DNA from: Ophelia neglecta
Lineage: Eukaryota
Assembly (NCBI GenBank): GCA_965285935.1
Contig: OZ260661.1
Span: 118,358,001-118,422,000 of the forward strand
Direction: 5' to 3'
Length of the DNA: 64,000 nucleotides
The number at the start of each line of letters is the position of its first letter. Within the stretch, counting starts at the first letter, position 1. Position numbers and translations under genes: made by a program. Shown in pieces: positions 39,631 through 51,986 of this stretch. A model generated the notes under the pieces. That model did no database searches, was not told where the DNA came from, and saw nothing but the letters and a program-made list of their open reading frames with translations.

Positions 39631-40267
39631 GTGAAAAGATTACCAGGAATTTAATGTCAATCGATACATTGCTTTGTCAATTTTGCTTTTGATTCTCTGA
39701 TTTCATACACAATGAATTAGTTATGAAGGGATAGAAAATAACAATTGGTTCACATGATCTTCCTTGGTACCACTTTTTTGATGTTGATATTATTTAGAAA
39801 TTATGCTATAATCCAACAGATGTACTTGACATTAGATTGCCAAGTGACGCCTGATTCAATTATCACAAGCAGTTAGGAACTTGTTTGGAATCGCATATAT
39901 TTCAAGTTGGTTCTGGAGGTTTCTATTCATGTCTCTATAATCCTAGCTGATGTGTGTGAAAATTATTGCCTCATAAACCTCATATTGATATCAAAATTTT
40001 ATTTATAATACTTTAGTTACCGAGGGAACTAACTTGTGCTTTTAACCGCAGATAAAAAATTGTCTTGTTTGTGGGTATTCTTGGTGGGAGGTCGCTCAAA
40101 CAAACCTAGAACTGCCATAAACAACGTTTAACGGCATTTAAGGGAAATCCTTTCAATTAACCAAGAACAGCGGGGTTCTGTAATTTTAAACAAAAATGCT
40201 TGATACATAGGTGGAGACGTGTTTGAGTGTAAATACAATTAAGTTGCATTAACCAGAATATAATTTT

Positions 40268-40273
40268 TTTATT
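40268..40273 (-). promoter_or_regulatory. Candidate polyadenylation signal (AATAAA) of the chitinase gene
   Basis: TTTATT on + strand ~700 bp downstream of the chitinase stop; not transcript-verified. Confidence 0.35.
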
Positions 40274-40973
40274 CACCAAATTTACAATATAACACACAGC
40301 TTCGTGTAAATGTATTTCCATACAAAATCAGAGGTTATATAGCGTTGATACATTCATGGAATGGCATATCCCTTTTGTACATGGTTTCTCACATTAGAAA
40401 GCTAATACTAATATCCGTGCTCGAATGTTACAAAATTTCATATGAACATATTTCCTCATCTGATTTGCCATATAAATCTCCTTCGTTTAATTTCTCCGAT
40501 TAGTATACTGTGGAAAGCAAAGTTTCATATCTAAATCTTGTCTAAACCATGCTTGGAAATAAAAGTTACATTTTATAACGGTTGCTCAATTTGTCTCATT
40601 GTCTTCATGTGTGAAAAGAAAGGACCTTCTGGTATAAATAACATATCCTTATATTCAATCCATTTCACATTTTACATATTTTTCATCAAAATACTTGTTA
40701 TTTGTTATTTGGGTTACAAAAATATTTATTTCCGTATATACATAATTTTACAATGCTACCAATACGCGCACTCCAGGTCCCCAATTGCGTACAGTCCCAC
40801 AATTCTGTCCCACTACAAGCTTTATGCACTATTGTGTTTTTTAAATCGAATGCATTATTAAGACTGTAATTTAATCATGCATATGAAATTAAACACAACT
40901 CTCATATCATTTCAAAATAGCGTACACATAGTCATATCCTGTGCGTTTTGTGTACCGATGAAATGTTTAATTC

Positions 40974-43900
40974 CTAACAGGACACGTTGAAGCTCCAGTC
41001 GCACGCCACCCTTTGCTGGTTCCAGCGGTTGCCGGCAGGACACTGCCCTGGGTAGGGTAGGCTGTAGGCACACTGGTAGTACTTGGTACAGTCCTTAGGG
41101 TCCGCGTAAAACCCAAACTCTGTCGGGCAGGCAAAAACTGTAAAATACAACCATGGAGCTTAGCATGAAAACACATTCTGGCAGTAAAGCTTAACGCTGT
41201 TTGGCAGTATCACGTGACTTAGTAACCGTTGCGCGTTAGATAAGTTAGGCTTTTTCGTTACTGTAATTAAAAAAATTAAAGGAAGGTACATTTGACAATA
41301 ATTTTCTAATTTAGCCTACATGCAAAATGATGCGTTTGGTTAGAAATGTACGATTATTATGAATGTTATTGGAAAAATTGTCATACGCTTAGGCCTAGTG
41401 CTAAAAATGACGAAATTTTGTCAAATAGCAAAACGTATTACAGGGCTAGTGCCTGTTTCAATTAGGCCCCGAACCTGTTTTGTTATTTTAAATTAATCGA
41501 CCAGGATCATTGAAACTATCATGGATATGAATAAAGCCTAGTGCTTTGACAAACAGCATACACAAGCATATAAAATGTACAATCATTGTCAAACCTTCCG
41601 TCTCTATACTAAACTGATACAACTATCCATCATATATATAACTTTGAACGTTTTTATTAGATTCTTGCTCGTTAACTGTTCGAATCGTCTTATTGAGAGG
41701 TTGGGCTGAATGATTATGTATATTATATTGTCCTTGGGTGATTCGCCTTATATTTAAGAAATTGGCCACGATGTGAGGGGTAAGGAGAAAGTCAAGATGC
41801 CCAAGGGTGACAGACAACTAACATTGGATCATTATAAAACATTCGAAACAGAGCACTCCCCACATATTACCTTGATTGTCTCCGCAGCTGACGAGATAAT
41901 CCCAATTACAGAAGTCAAAACGAGGGTCAAACAGCGTGCCGGGTGGACATTGTGTGACGAACGCATGTCCATGAGCACACTGGTAAAAACTACTACAGCT
42001 TCTAGGGTCACTGAATATACCATCGCTTGACGGGCAGACGAAATCTGAAGAAGAAACATTATTATTACTAACTTTATATATACTAATTAGGCAATCGAAT
42101 CATTACAGAAATCAAACTGAATAACCCTTACCAGTTAAGTCCGAGCAGCGTTTAACAAAAAGCCACAAACTTATGTAGTTTTAAACCACATTTCATTCGA
42201 TTTTGTATATATCATTATATATATTGTATATATCATTAACGGTAGCCCTTTTTAGAATGTTTTAACTTGTTACTATACTAGTCTTATACTATGAAACAAC
42301 GATTGAAAACTAACCTCCCCCACTACCAGGCCCATTGGTAGATGCCTCGGTCGGCGAGTGGGTTGGCGTGGCAGTTGGTGCCGGGGTGGGTGCTGCCGTA
42401 GGTGCAGCAGTCGGTGCCGCAGTGGATGCCGTTGTTGATCCATTGGTTGGTGTCTCCGTTGGTGCTGTAGTAGGGGCCCGGGTGGGTGCCCCTGTCGGTG
42501 CTGCAGTGGTGGCCTTAGTGGCAGACTCAGTTGGTGCTGTAGTAGGGGCCCCGGTGGGTGCCCCTGTCGGTGCTGCAGTAGAGGCCTGGGTGTTAGACTC
42601 TGTCGACGCTGATGTGACCAGTGGCGGGGCTCCTTCTCCGAGAGCCTCCTTAACAGCCTGGATGACTGGATACCTGCCATCCCCACATTGGTTGTTAAAG
42701 TCATCTAGATCAAGGGCCCAAACCATGGCTCCAGCTAAACCTTCCTCTTTTAGGTAGCCCACCTGTCAAAAATAGACAAGCATTTCAATAATTCCTAATG
42801 TATTAATATTGTCCTTTAGGTTATTACTATTATAATTTTCAACTTTGCTACATAACCGGTCGAAAGCATCAATTGCAAAGTGGTGCGTAATTTTTATTAC
42901 ACTACCTGCATAACCGTGTGATCATTAAGCACGGTGTCACCAATGACCATTTCTGAATAAGAGCAAGCCCTTGTAGAACCACGGTTGGGCTGCTACTCAG
43001 GGTTATTAACTTTTAGAGATCTCTAGTTATGTTTATTAGTGATTATTAATCTAAGGCTACAAACCTTTATTCGTATACTGTGTATGTCATCGTATCCCAC
43101 CCACTGATTTCCGCCGTACGCGTACACGGCTAGCTGGGTGTTGTCCATCTGCCGAGTCCAGCCCGAGTTTACTTTCAGACAAATCTACAGAGACAAAAAG
43201 ACAGCATTTTTTCACAAATCATTTATACCCATTTATTATACTTCATATATGTTGCGTTACCCTTTCCGAAATAAACATAATCCTAATAACTCGAACGACA
43301 GCTACAAATTCTTAATTTATCCAACACTCTGTGATATTGCAGCTTAATTTTACTGGTAGATATTGCATAACACGTTATATTACATTGGTATAATTATTAA
43401 CATGTAGGCCAACATTATTTTAATATGAGGTATTTTCCAACATGTTCATTATTGTAAGTTATCATTCATGATAGAGTATACCTCTTGATAGGAGAGGAAG
43501 CCCGCCTCCGCTGTATAGGCCCCCGGATTTCCTGCCCCACAGCTCCGTGTCCCGGGCTCCGTGTTTGTCCCGGCACCACAGAGGGTGAAGGTCCGCCCGT
43601 AGGTGGGTAGGCCAAGCACCAGCTTCTCTCGTCTCACACCCTTACTCAGATAGTACTGAATCACCCATTCCTGAAACAAGAAACAACTCATACTAGTTAA
43701 TTCCAAATTTATCTATTTATTCATTGAAGTTTCGAATGCGATGTTTAATTTTTTATACATAAAATAATGATAATTATAAAATATGTGACTGTAGTTTTGT
43801 TGATATTTTAGATAGTGTGGTATTATTAATAGTTACAAATTTCATAGATCTGGTGACAAGATGAGACTTAGAAAACAAAGTTTTTCTGTGCCCCATTTAA

Positions 43901-46900
43901 CTAGGATATGTTGGTATATATCGATCTGGCAAAAAAGTATTTGTATATTGTGATGACAGTTAAGTTGGGAATTATATAAACAAACTACAAACAAAATGGA
44001 AAAGACCCTTTTCGTCTTATATTAACAGAATTGTGAAGTATATCAATAAACAAAAGAAAGGATGTTTAATGATCACACATACATACACACAAAATACAGT
44101 AATTAAATAATTCAAGTGCGACAACATTTTTAGATATTAACAATATATAGTATGCATTCTATAGAAAAGAATTAAAATGAAAGTCACCGACGGGATGTAA
44201 TGACTTAAGTATTATATTGCTCAGTAAGACATGTGAACTGCGGTGAAACATAAATAAAAGTATTTTTTTTGTATATTATTACCACCTCTTGAATTAGAAC
44301 AAACCTGGCTGAGTGTGTCCGTGTTTTGCTTTCCATACAAAGCAGAGTGAAGTCCTATGTTACTGTCCCAAGAACCGTGAAGATCATACGTCATCACTAA
44401 TACATAGTCCAGATACCTTTTTTAAAAGACGAATGCGAGTTAGTAGATAGCCTAAGTTTATATTGAATGAGAGCACTGTATTGTAAAAGAAATCTTGTTT
44501 TTAACAAGAATGTATGTTGAACCGCCTGAAGCTTTTACTAATTTTTCAACCCTCTTGCTTTTTTGACACCGCTATAAACCTACTTGTCCCTGGCTTGTAT
44601 GTCACAGCATGTTGATACACTGATATAAACCTGCTTGTCCTACTTACTTCTTACTATTATCCCCATGTAAATAAAAATAGACAGTACAATAAACGATTAA
44701 CTATACCCAACTTAATACACTAAATGACCCACATGGTGTCTATGTGTAGTTAAGCCCCAAAAATCCAAATCCAAATCCATAGCTGGTTGTAACACTAATA
44801 TAAACCTACTTGTCCATGGCTTGTATGTCATCGCTGGGAGTAACACTGATATGAACATATTTGTCCATGGCTTCCATGTCATAGCTGGGTGTTACACTGA
44901 TATAAACCTACTTGTCCTTGGCTTCCATGTCATAGCTGGGTGTTACACTGATATAAACCTACTTGTCCATGGCTTCCATGTCGTAGCTGGGTGTTACACT
45001 GATATAAACCTACTTGTCCATGGCTTCCATGTCATAGCTGGGTGTTACACTGATATAAACCTACTTGTCCATAGCTAGCATGTCATAGCTGGGTGTAACA
45101 CTGATAGAAACCTACTTGTCCATGGCTTCCATGTCATAGCTGGGTGTTACACTGATATAAACCTACTTGTCCATGGCTTCCATGTCGTAGCTGGGTGTTA
45201 CACTGATATAAACCTACTTGTCCTTGGCTTCCATGTCATAGCTGGGTGTTACACTGATATAAACCTACTTGTCCTTGGCTTCCATGTCATAGCTGGGTGT
45301 TACACTGATATAAACCTACTTGTCCTTGGCTTCCATGTCATAGCTGGGTGTTACACTGATATAAACCTACTTGTCCATGGCTTCCATGTCGTAGCTGGGT
45401 GTTACACTGATATAAACCTACTTGTCCTTGGCTTCCATGTCATAGCTGGGTGTTACACTGATATAAACCTACTTGTCCATGGCTTCCATGTCATAGCTGG
45501 GTGTTACACTGATATAAACCTACTTGTCCATAGCTAGCATGTCATAGCTGGGTGTAACACTGATAGAAACCTACTTGTCCATGGCTTCCATGTCATAGCT
45601 GGGATCAATTGACCACTGGCCAGCAGCAGTGGCCGCAGTCAGTTCTAGTTTCTCCACTCCATTCAATGCAGCTTCTTCCTCAAATTCTTCATGGAGGGCC
45701 TGAAAAGGTAATAGAAACAGTTCTTGGTCACTCGTATTCGATTTCCTTGATTTATATTTCACGCTTTACATTCATTTAAACAAATAGATTGCTGATAAAA
45801 TCGACGACTTATCGTACCTTTTGCCCTTTCCGTTCATTTGGGTCTGCATTTTATTTGTTTACTGGTAGTATAATTTTTCTCCTACCTTTAATATCAAAGA
45901 GTAGTAGTTCCTGTTTTCGGCCATGGGATATTCCCAATCAACATCCAGTCCATCAAATTGTTTATTTCTGATAAATTTTACAGCGTTCTGGGCGAACTTT
46001 GACCTTGCCGCACGAGTTCTACAAACATCCTGAAACTTCGAAGAGGGAGCATTGGCTCCTCCGATGCTGAATATCAGTTTTAGAGAAGGGTTGGTCTCTT
46101 TCAACGTTAGTAGCTGGTCTGTAAATATGAACAGTATCCGTAAAAAGAACCATGCATTTCGATATAATTGTGGTTCGCATTCATATTGTTCAAAAGAAAG
46201 TCAACACTTATGTAGAAGAACGGTATGACCTTGGCCGGATAAGTATTATGATTTAGGAATACAGTAAAACCTGGCCTAAAGGACACCTGACATTTTGGAC
46301 ACACTGACTATTAAGGACATTGTTTTTATTACAGTTGTAATACTTTACATGTAAATTAACCTGTGAAATAAGTAAATGGTAACATGTTTAAAGCAATTAA
46401 TGTATGACATACTACTTGGAAAACTGGCTGCCACAGAATTGTTTGGTTCTTGTTAATATCATTCAAACCTCATTTCCTATTTACCTAGCTCTCTTTGGTT
46501 GTGATGTACGAAGCCGTTGGAGTTGAAGTCGAGAAATGCGTACATGATATGAGTACAGAGAAATGGGTCGATGTCACCTACAACAAACTTGGCAGGCGGC
46601 TTGCGGTAGGAGGCCCAGTTAGTATAGTAACAGAACAGCAATCTGCCCGGAGAATCTGGGATAATAAGAGAAAAACATTAATCGGAAAGCGTCTCCTAAC
46701 GAATCAGTTGAATACTATTTATATGTTGTAAAGACCCGAAAATGTTTGACTAAAAAATATTTGTGTTATATAAATGTAGTGCTTGGGTTATTTGATAATA
46801 AAATGAAATTCCATTTTAAAGATGATATTTCCAAAATTAATGCAAAGAAGAGGCATAATTTTCCCAACTTTTGCCGAATAAACTTGCTTCCAAATGCCTG

Positions 46901-49608
46901 CTGTAAAACAATGTCCAAAAACAACAGAATATTCTCCCACTCTGCCCTATGTCTATCCCATGTGCCCCAGGGGAGGGTCAAGCATTTTCTGCACATACAC
47001 ATTTTCTGCACATACACATAACAGGAGCTTCCGCCACCGTTTTTCAATACGCTATGAATTTGAGAGTTTATTTTGCCTAATGTTCCTCGTTCTTCCTTAT
47101 TTGGTACTCTAAAATTAAAAACACACCTGTTGTTTTCTTGACCACTTGAGTCCCTCTGTCGTCCTCTACGAGGCTGTCAATCAGTTCTTCAAGAAGACGC
47201 TCAAAAACTCTATTCGACTGACTGGGCTTACCTAAAATAACATAATACGTTAAACCTGCATGAGTACTTCGGGTTGGCGATTTCTCACATCCGCAAAATG
47301 CACATTTCTAGCAACTTCAGTAAACTGACAAACACAGTAGTACTAAACAGACAAAGGCAATAAGATAATCACAGTACCGAAATATAATCCAAATATTTAA
47401 AATTACGAATCAAGTAACGTTACCGGCTATAGCTAGTTTAGAGAATTGGAGAATAAGAAAAGAAGAAAAGACGGCCCAGAGGAAACTGACTACATAAACA
47501 CTGTACGTAAATATTTTGTAGCACAGTTTTGAAATCACGCAGGGAAAGCACTTTTGGATGATTTCAAACGCCTGTATGGTGTGCATATTCCTCAGCCAAA
47601 CAACTATTTAGGCGACTATATAAATATTTATTTATACTATACATATATTAGAGCTTTCACTGATTGGAACAGTCGAAATCATAAACTTTAAAATAAGATT
47701 AAGTTTGCATGCAATGGTTCATTGAATAATAGTCTCGCAAATGCATCTAGACATATGGTAAATAATTCAAATGTGATCAGTTAACCAGTACTTAACCAGC
47801 TATTTACGTAAGAATCGTTGAACGAGCATGGGGAATGAACAGAAAAAAAAGTCAGCACCAAAACGTCAGAACGTGGCTATCTATATCAAACTTTTTATTT
47901 AGAAAATATAAAAGTCCATATGCAACTTCTTTTTACATGACTTATTCCGAGATCCGACCGCTATAAAAAAAATACTTTCTTTTGAAAGAACAGTGAATAC
48001 TTTCAATGACTATATCCTTGGCATAATGCCTACCATCAGAAAGTGTAAATATATTTATCTCGCGTCAATTGCAAGCTTTGCGGTCGATATTCTGCAAGAG
48101 ATAGCTTGTCATACAGAGAAAATATTTATCTGAATTATGACTATCTGGGGAGACAGGTGCAGCGCATGGTAGTGCACGATACATGGTTAATTATAATTTA
48201 ATTAGACCAAACTAGATATATATAAGCTTTATTCCCAAGCTTGTGGGTAGTATCAAATTTATTAGATGCCAGGTGTCTTACCAATGGGATTATGTGGTTT
48301 GGCTTACCGTGGTATTTGTTCCGAGAGAAAAATTTAAGCGTAAGGACGGGTTAAGAACGCCACAGTCATAAAGGTATTGGATTAAAGCCGTTTCATCTAA
48401 TCATACCTAACTTATATTATTGCATCGAATTTTGAGACAATGGGTTGATTATAAACCCTTACCCCTTTTAGAGAGCTACTTTTAGAATAACACATGCTCT
48501 TAAAAATTCATTACATTAATTTTACTCAATTAACTGTTTAATTTTTTTGCCACCGTCTTTTGCCAAAAAATCTAAATGTCCTACAAGTACCTGCAAAAAG
48601 TGACAATATTACACAGGTGACCTTAATAGGCAAGTCATTTAACACAGGCATTAATGGGGATCAGACAATTATTTTGTGACCTTAGTAGACAGGTGACCTT
48701 ATTACCACTTGACCACTTACACAGGTTTCACTGTACTGTTAACTGCCATGGCAAATATAACATGGTTTTCTTATTCTGTAGCGCGCGACTCCTGTGAATA
48801 TTTGATATGCGACACAGATACCGGCTTTGAAATACCGACTTATCGATCGAAAAATGTGCCACTTCCTAAATAGTAAAAATAGGAGCATAAAAGCTTGGAT
48901 TATACTCCTGCCGAGAACGACGCAATGGTTTTGAATACTTTATTGTTGAGTTTTTCTTTCTGATTGACATGACATTGTGATCAACAGCGCAGAGAAAAAA
49001 CTAACGTCTGCCTAAGCTGTTCCCCGAGCACTTTGAGTTTTTTCGCTGTATGATATCAGGCCGAACCGTTGAGCCTATATTTGTCTGTATGACGGGTAGC
49101 TTCTCACTAGTCGCCTATTTCGATTAACTAAATGGGTCCCGATTCCGTCCGCCTAGGACAGGACTGCCAGAGCTGGGATTTACCTGGCGCCGGGTCACTG
49201 AATATCAAATGATCTTCTTTGTAAGTGGGAGGTTGAGGAATGTTTTTAACTTGGAAATAGCCGAGGGGGTGCGGAATTTTGGCACATAAGCTTTTGAAAT
49301 ATAGCCACGGTCAATTTTTTTCTACGGTATTAGACTGTATCGTAATAAATTAACAATTCGCGCATCAGAGAAAGCATTTACCCCCTTCTCTCCTTTTATA
49401 TCTGTGTTATCATTTCGGAGCACAAGAAAAACAAATGCTGAGATAAAATACTATAGCATGGTCAAACTAGTAATGACAAACATTGATACATTTTTAATAT
49501 GTAATTATAAAAATTGATAATAATAAATCAAATGATATAATATAGATACGTACCCCCAGTACCACAGGCACATAATAAGAGCAACAGTATTAAAAACGAC
49601 CGCCCCAT
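40974..49608 (-). CDS. Secreted GH18 chitinase (chitotriosidase/AMCase-like) with T/A/P linker and two CBM14 domains, ~631 aa, 11 coding exons
   Basis: Exons 49608-49554 (signal [18 protein letters not shown]), 47231-47127, 46655-46485 ([23 protein letters not shown]), 46118-45886 ([11 protein letters not shown]), 45699-45575, 44416-44305 ([10 protein letters not shown]), 43670-43482 ([11 protein letters not shown]), 43184-43065 (QWVGYDD), 42762-42315 ([12 protein letters not shown] + linker), 42044-41871 and 41137-40974 (6-Cys CBM14s). All GT-AG, phases compatible, 1896 nt. Confidence 0.92.
44565..45603 (-). repeat. 51-bp minisatellite (~18 units) built from the chitinase exon 5 3' end plus its 5' splice site
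   Basis: Unit (minus strand) CCCAGCTATGACATGGAAGCCATGGACAA|GTAGGTTTATATCAGTGTAACA; donor positions spaced 51 bp from 45571 to 44806, two more at ~44630 and ~44580. Confidence 0.95.
44640..44778 (+). mobile_element. ~140-bp 3'-terminal fragment of the same Nimb-like LINE family as 6544-10922
   Basis: Matches the reverse complement of ~6545-6680 (CCCATGTAAATAAAAATAGACAGTACAAT...CTAAATGACCCACATGGTGTCTATGTGT..TTAAGCCCCAAAAATCCAAATCCAAA). Confidence 0.9.
48605..48735. mobile_element. Degenerate Tc1/mariner-type MITE fragment (right end)
   Basis: Repeated CAGGTGACCTTA motifs ending in CAGGTTTCACTGTA, the same terminus as the 32439-32559 element. Confidence 0.5.
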
Positions 49609-51862
49609 TCTGATAAAAATCGGTCCTCTGATCACAATGTTTGTTCTCGGCTATATGACTGTCGTCTTTTCCAACTTATCACCACCTCTGGTATATATAA
49701 ACTAATTCTTGCGCTGTTATGTACAGGATCCGGAGAAGACTTATTAACAGAGTAGTGTGACATGTCCGTGACACCGGAAACACGGGCAGGCCTACTAAAC
49801 AGAGCGATAATCGCTGTTATACTTGTAGACATTGACTAAGAACTGAACTCCACAACCCATATAAGAAGTATAAGTAATGGACAACAGCAAATATCGCACA
49901 TAGTGCACTCGAGCAATAAAGCCACTATCGTTATTGGTTAGCTAATATTAAACTATTGATAAAACTGATTAATGTCGAGTGGCAAGTCATACAAACAATG
50001 CATATGCTAACAGACGACATTTCTGATTAACAGCGAGGCGTCACTACAATGACGATATAGGAAGGTGACGCGATAATGGCCTAAACTTGCCAGCCCTTTC
50101 TTTTCTTCGTTCTATGGATGTCAGTTTCGAACGATTACGTGAAAGACAATCAATTTCCCCTAAACTCTTTGTATATATAGATGCAAATGACAGTTTGATT
50201 AATGGCACTTTGGTATATGATTATTAGTAAAATAACTGCATTCACGTGGTTTTACAGTCCAGAGCACTATATTGTTATGCCAGTTTTTACGCAGGTTGAT
50301 ATAATGGTTTTTTTGAGGGGCTTAATATCATCCTTAAAAAGTTGGTGTTCACATGAAGCCTATGGTTTATGCGTAATTTTCCAGTACATCATAGCATCAT
50401 TTAATCATCATACACTACTAGGCCATTAATGATGAGGATGAAATAAATATTTTATGAGTTATTGGAATCTTATGCTGATCCGACTATCTAAATTGTTGAA
50501 AAACAAAGTAAATATAATTTATTTTAAAATTTAATTTGGCATTTTGGTTATACATTTGACATTAATAAGCGACTTTTGAATGAACATAATTTATTGACAT
50601 CCTCCAATATTGGTTAAAACAACATATACATTTGTACAGAATTATGTTTTGAATATTAACAATGTATTTTCGCAGAATGATAGTCAATTACGAGTTATAA
50701 AGTTAGTGTTGTAATGATCATTCATTGCTCAGAGAGACTTAACCTATGGCTCTGTCCGGCCCGTGGCTCGTTGAAAAGGATGTTCACAATGTTACCTCCT
50801 CGGGAGCTGGTTAATTGGTCCTACATCTACCCCCTGGGTGAGCTGCTTATACACGGACTCCGTCTAGGCGACCTGAACACACTGCTACACCGGCGGGGAT
50901 GAGATAATTAATATGCGTGAACATAATAATATATAGCAATATACACTTTGTTTTACCAATGGACTTCCCTTATATTTTGCCCTGGGACACCAAAAGCAGA
51001 TGTCGACCCATTACATGGAACCACAGGTTTGGTTAGCACTCTCCTCGATTCTGCTGTCACTCTTTCATGCTTTGTTTTGTTTGGGCTGGCAGGCACCTTT
51101 CCTGTTCAATTCTGTTCCAATGTTTATTGCACTTTGTATTCAATGGAGGTTTCTGGTTGATTACCGCCAACTATTAGCAGTGATATTAAAACCAAAAACA
51201 GACCGCTCGACATTGTTTTTCAGCACAAGGTCAATCATTGAATTACACAAAGTAAGATTTCTTAATTCTCTTGAAAAGAAGTAAGTGAGCATAATTTATA
51301 TCAGCCAGCACTTCAGTGGTGCCATGATATCTAATATATCTCGTGATATCTCGAGGTTCATCAAATAAAACAAACTGGTAATTTCCCTTAAAGTGGTTGT
51401 TACGTGCTATAATAATGGCTGCCGTCATAGAAATTCATAACCGGTTGACAAAATCTTATAATCATTTCCCAAAGGCTTTGTTTGGTACTATTAAATTAAA
51501 GGGTTGAATCTCACCACTGAACTGGATAATTTTTGGAATTTATTTAGGTCGCAAAGTGACTATCTTGAGGGTCATAAGAACACATTCAGACTTAATTAAA
51601 CCTACAATATTGTTTTATTTGCTCCAAAGCTAATCTAGGTACACAAGAAAGAAGAAGAAACATATAACAATGTCATTTTGGCCTAACGTCAGAAAGTTGA
51701 ACTGGGTGGCATTTTTATATTAATACTTAAATAAGTTTGTTCGTGGTATATACGAAACCGATATATTACAATTTTTTCATCAATAGATGTTTATATAGGC
51801 AAATGAACACCTTTCCTCCTGGTATCAACTGGTCCAAATGAGGGGACCCTCGGATTCGGAAA

Positions 51863-51986
51863 GTCATTAGACACTTAACCTTTCATGTTAGTATTCAGTA
51901 ATTTTGTTTTACCTATAGCTGCGCCTAAAATATATGTGTTATCACATCGAAACATAAAACTCTTCTTAGCTCTAAGCCTATAAATA
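51863..51986. repeat. Left copy of ~123-bp direct repeat flanking the LINE (right copy 59399-59521)
   Basis: GTCATTAGACACTTAACC...CTCTAAGCCTATAAATA present at both LINE junctions, differing by one A in a homopolymer. Confidence 0.95.

Noticed and set aside
42273-42757. Overlapping alternative-frame and antisense ORFs (143 aa, 140 aa)
   Set aside because: Shadows of the low-complexity TAAP linker exon of the chitinase.
44565-45603. CRISPR array or coding repeat (ORF 44821..45078)
   Set aside because: No spacers; the + strand ORF is a by-product of a 51-bp unit antisense to a chitinase intron.
48980-50900. Two GC-richer SINE-like patches (~48980-49200, ~50710-50900)
   Set aside because: No convincing A/B boxes, TSDs or second copy in the window; cannot be supported without a repeat library.
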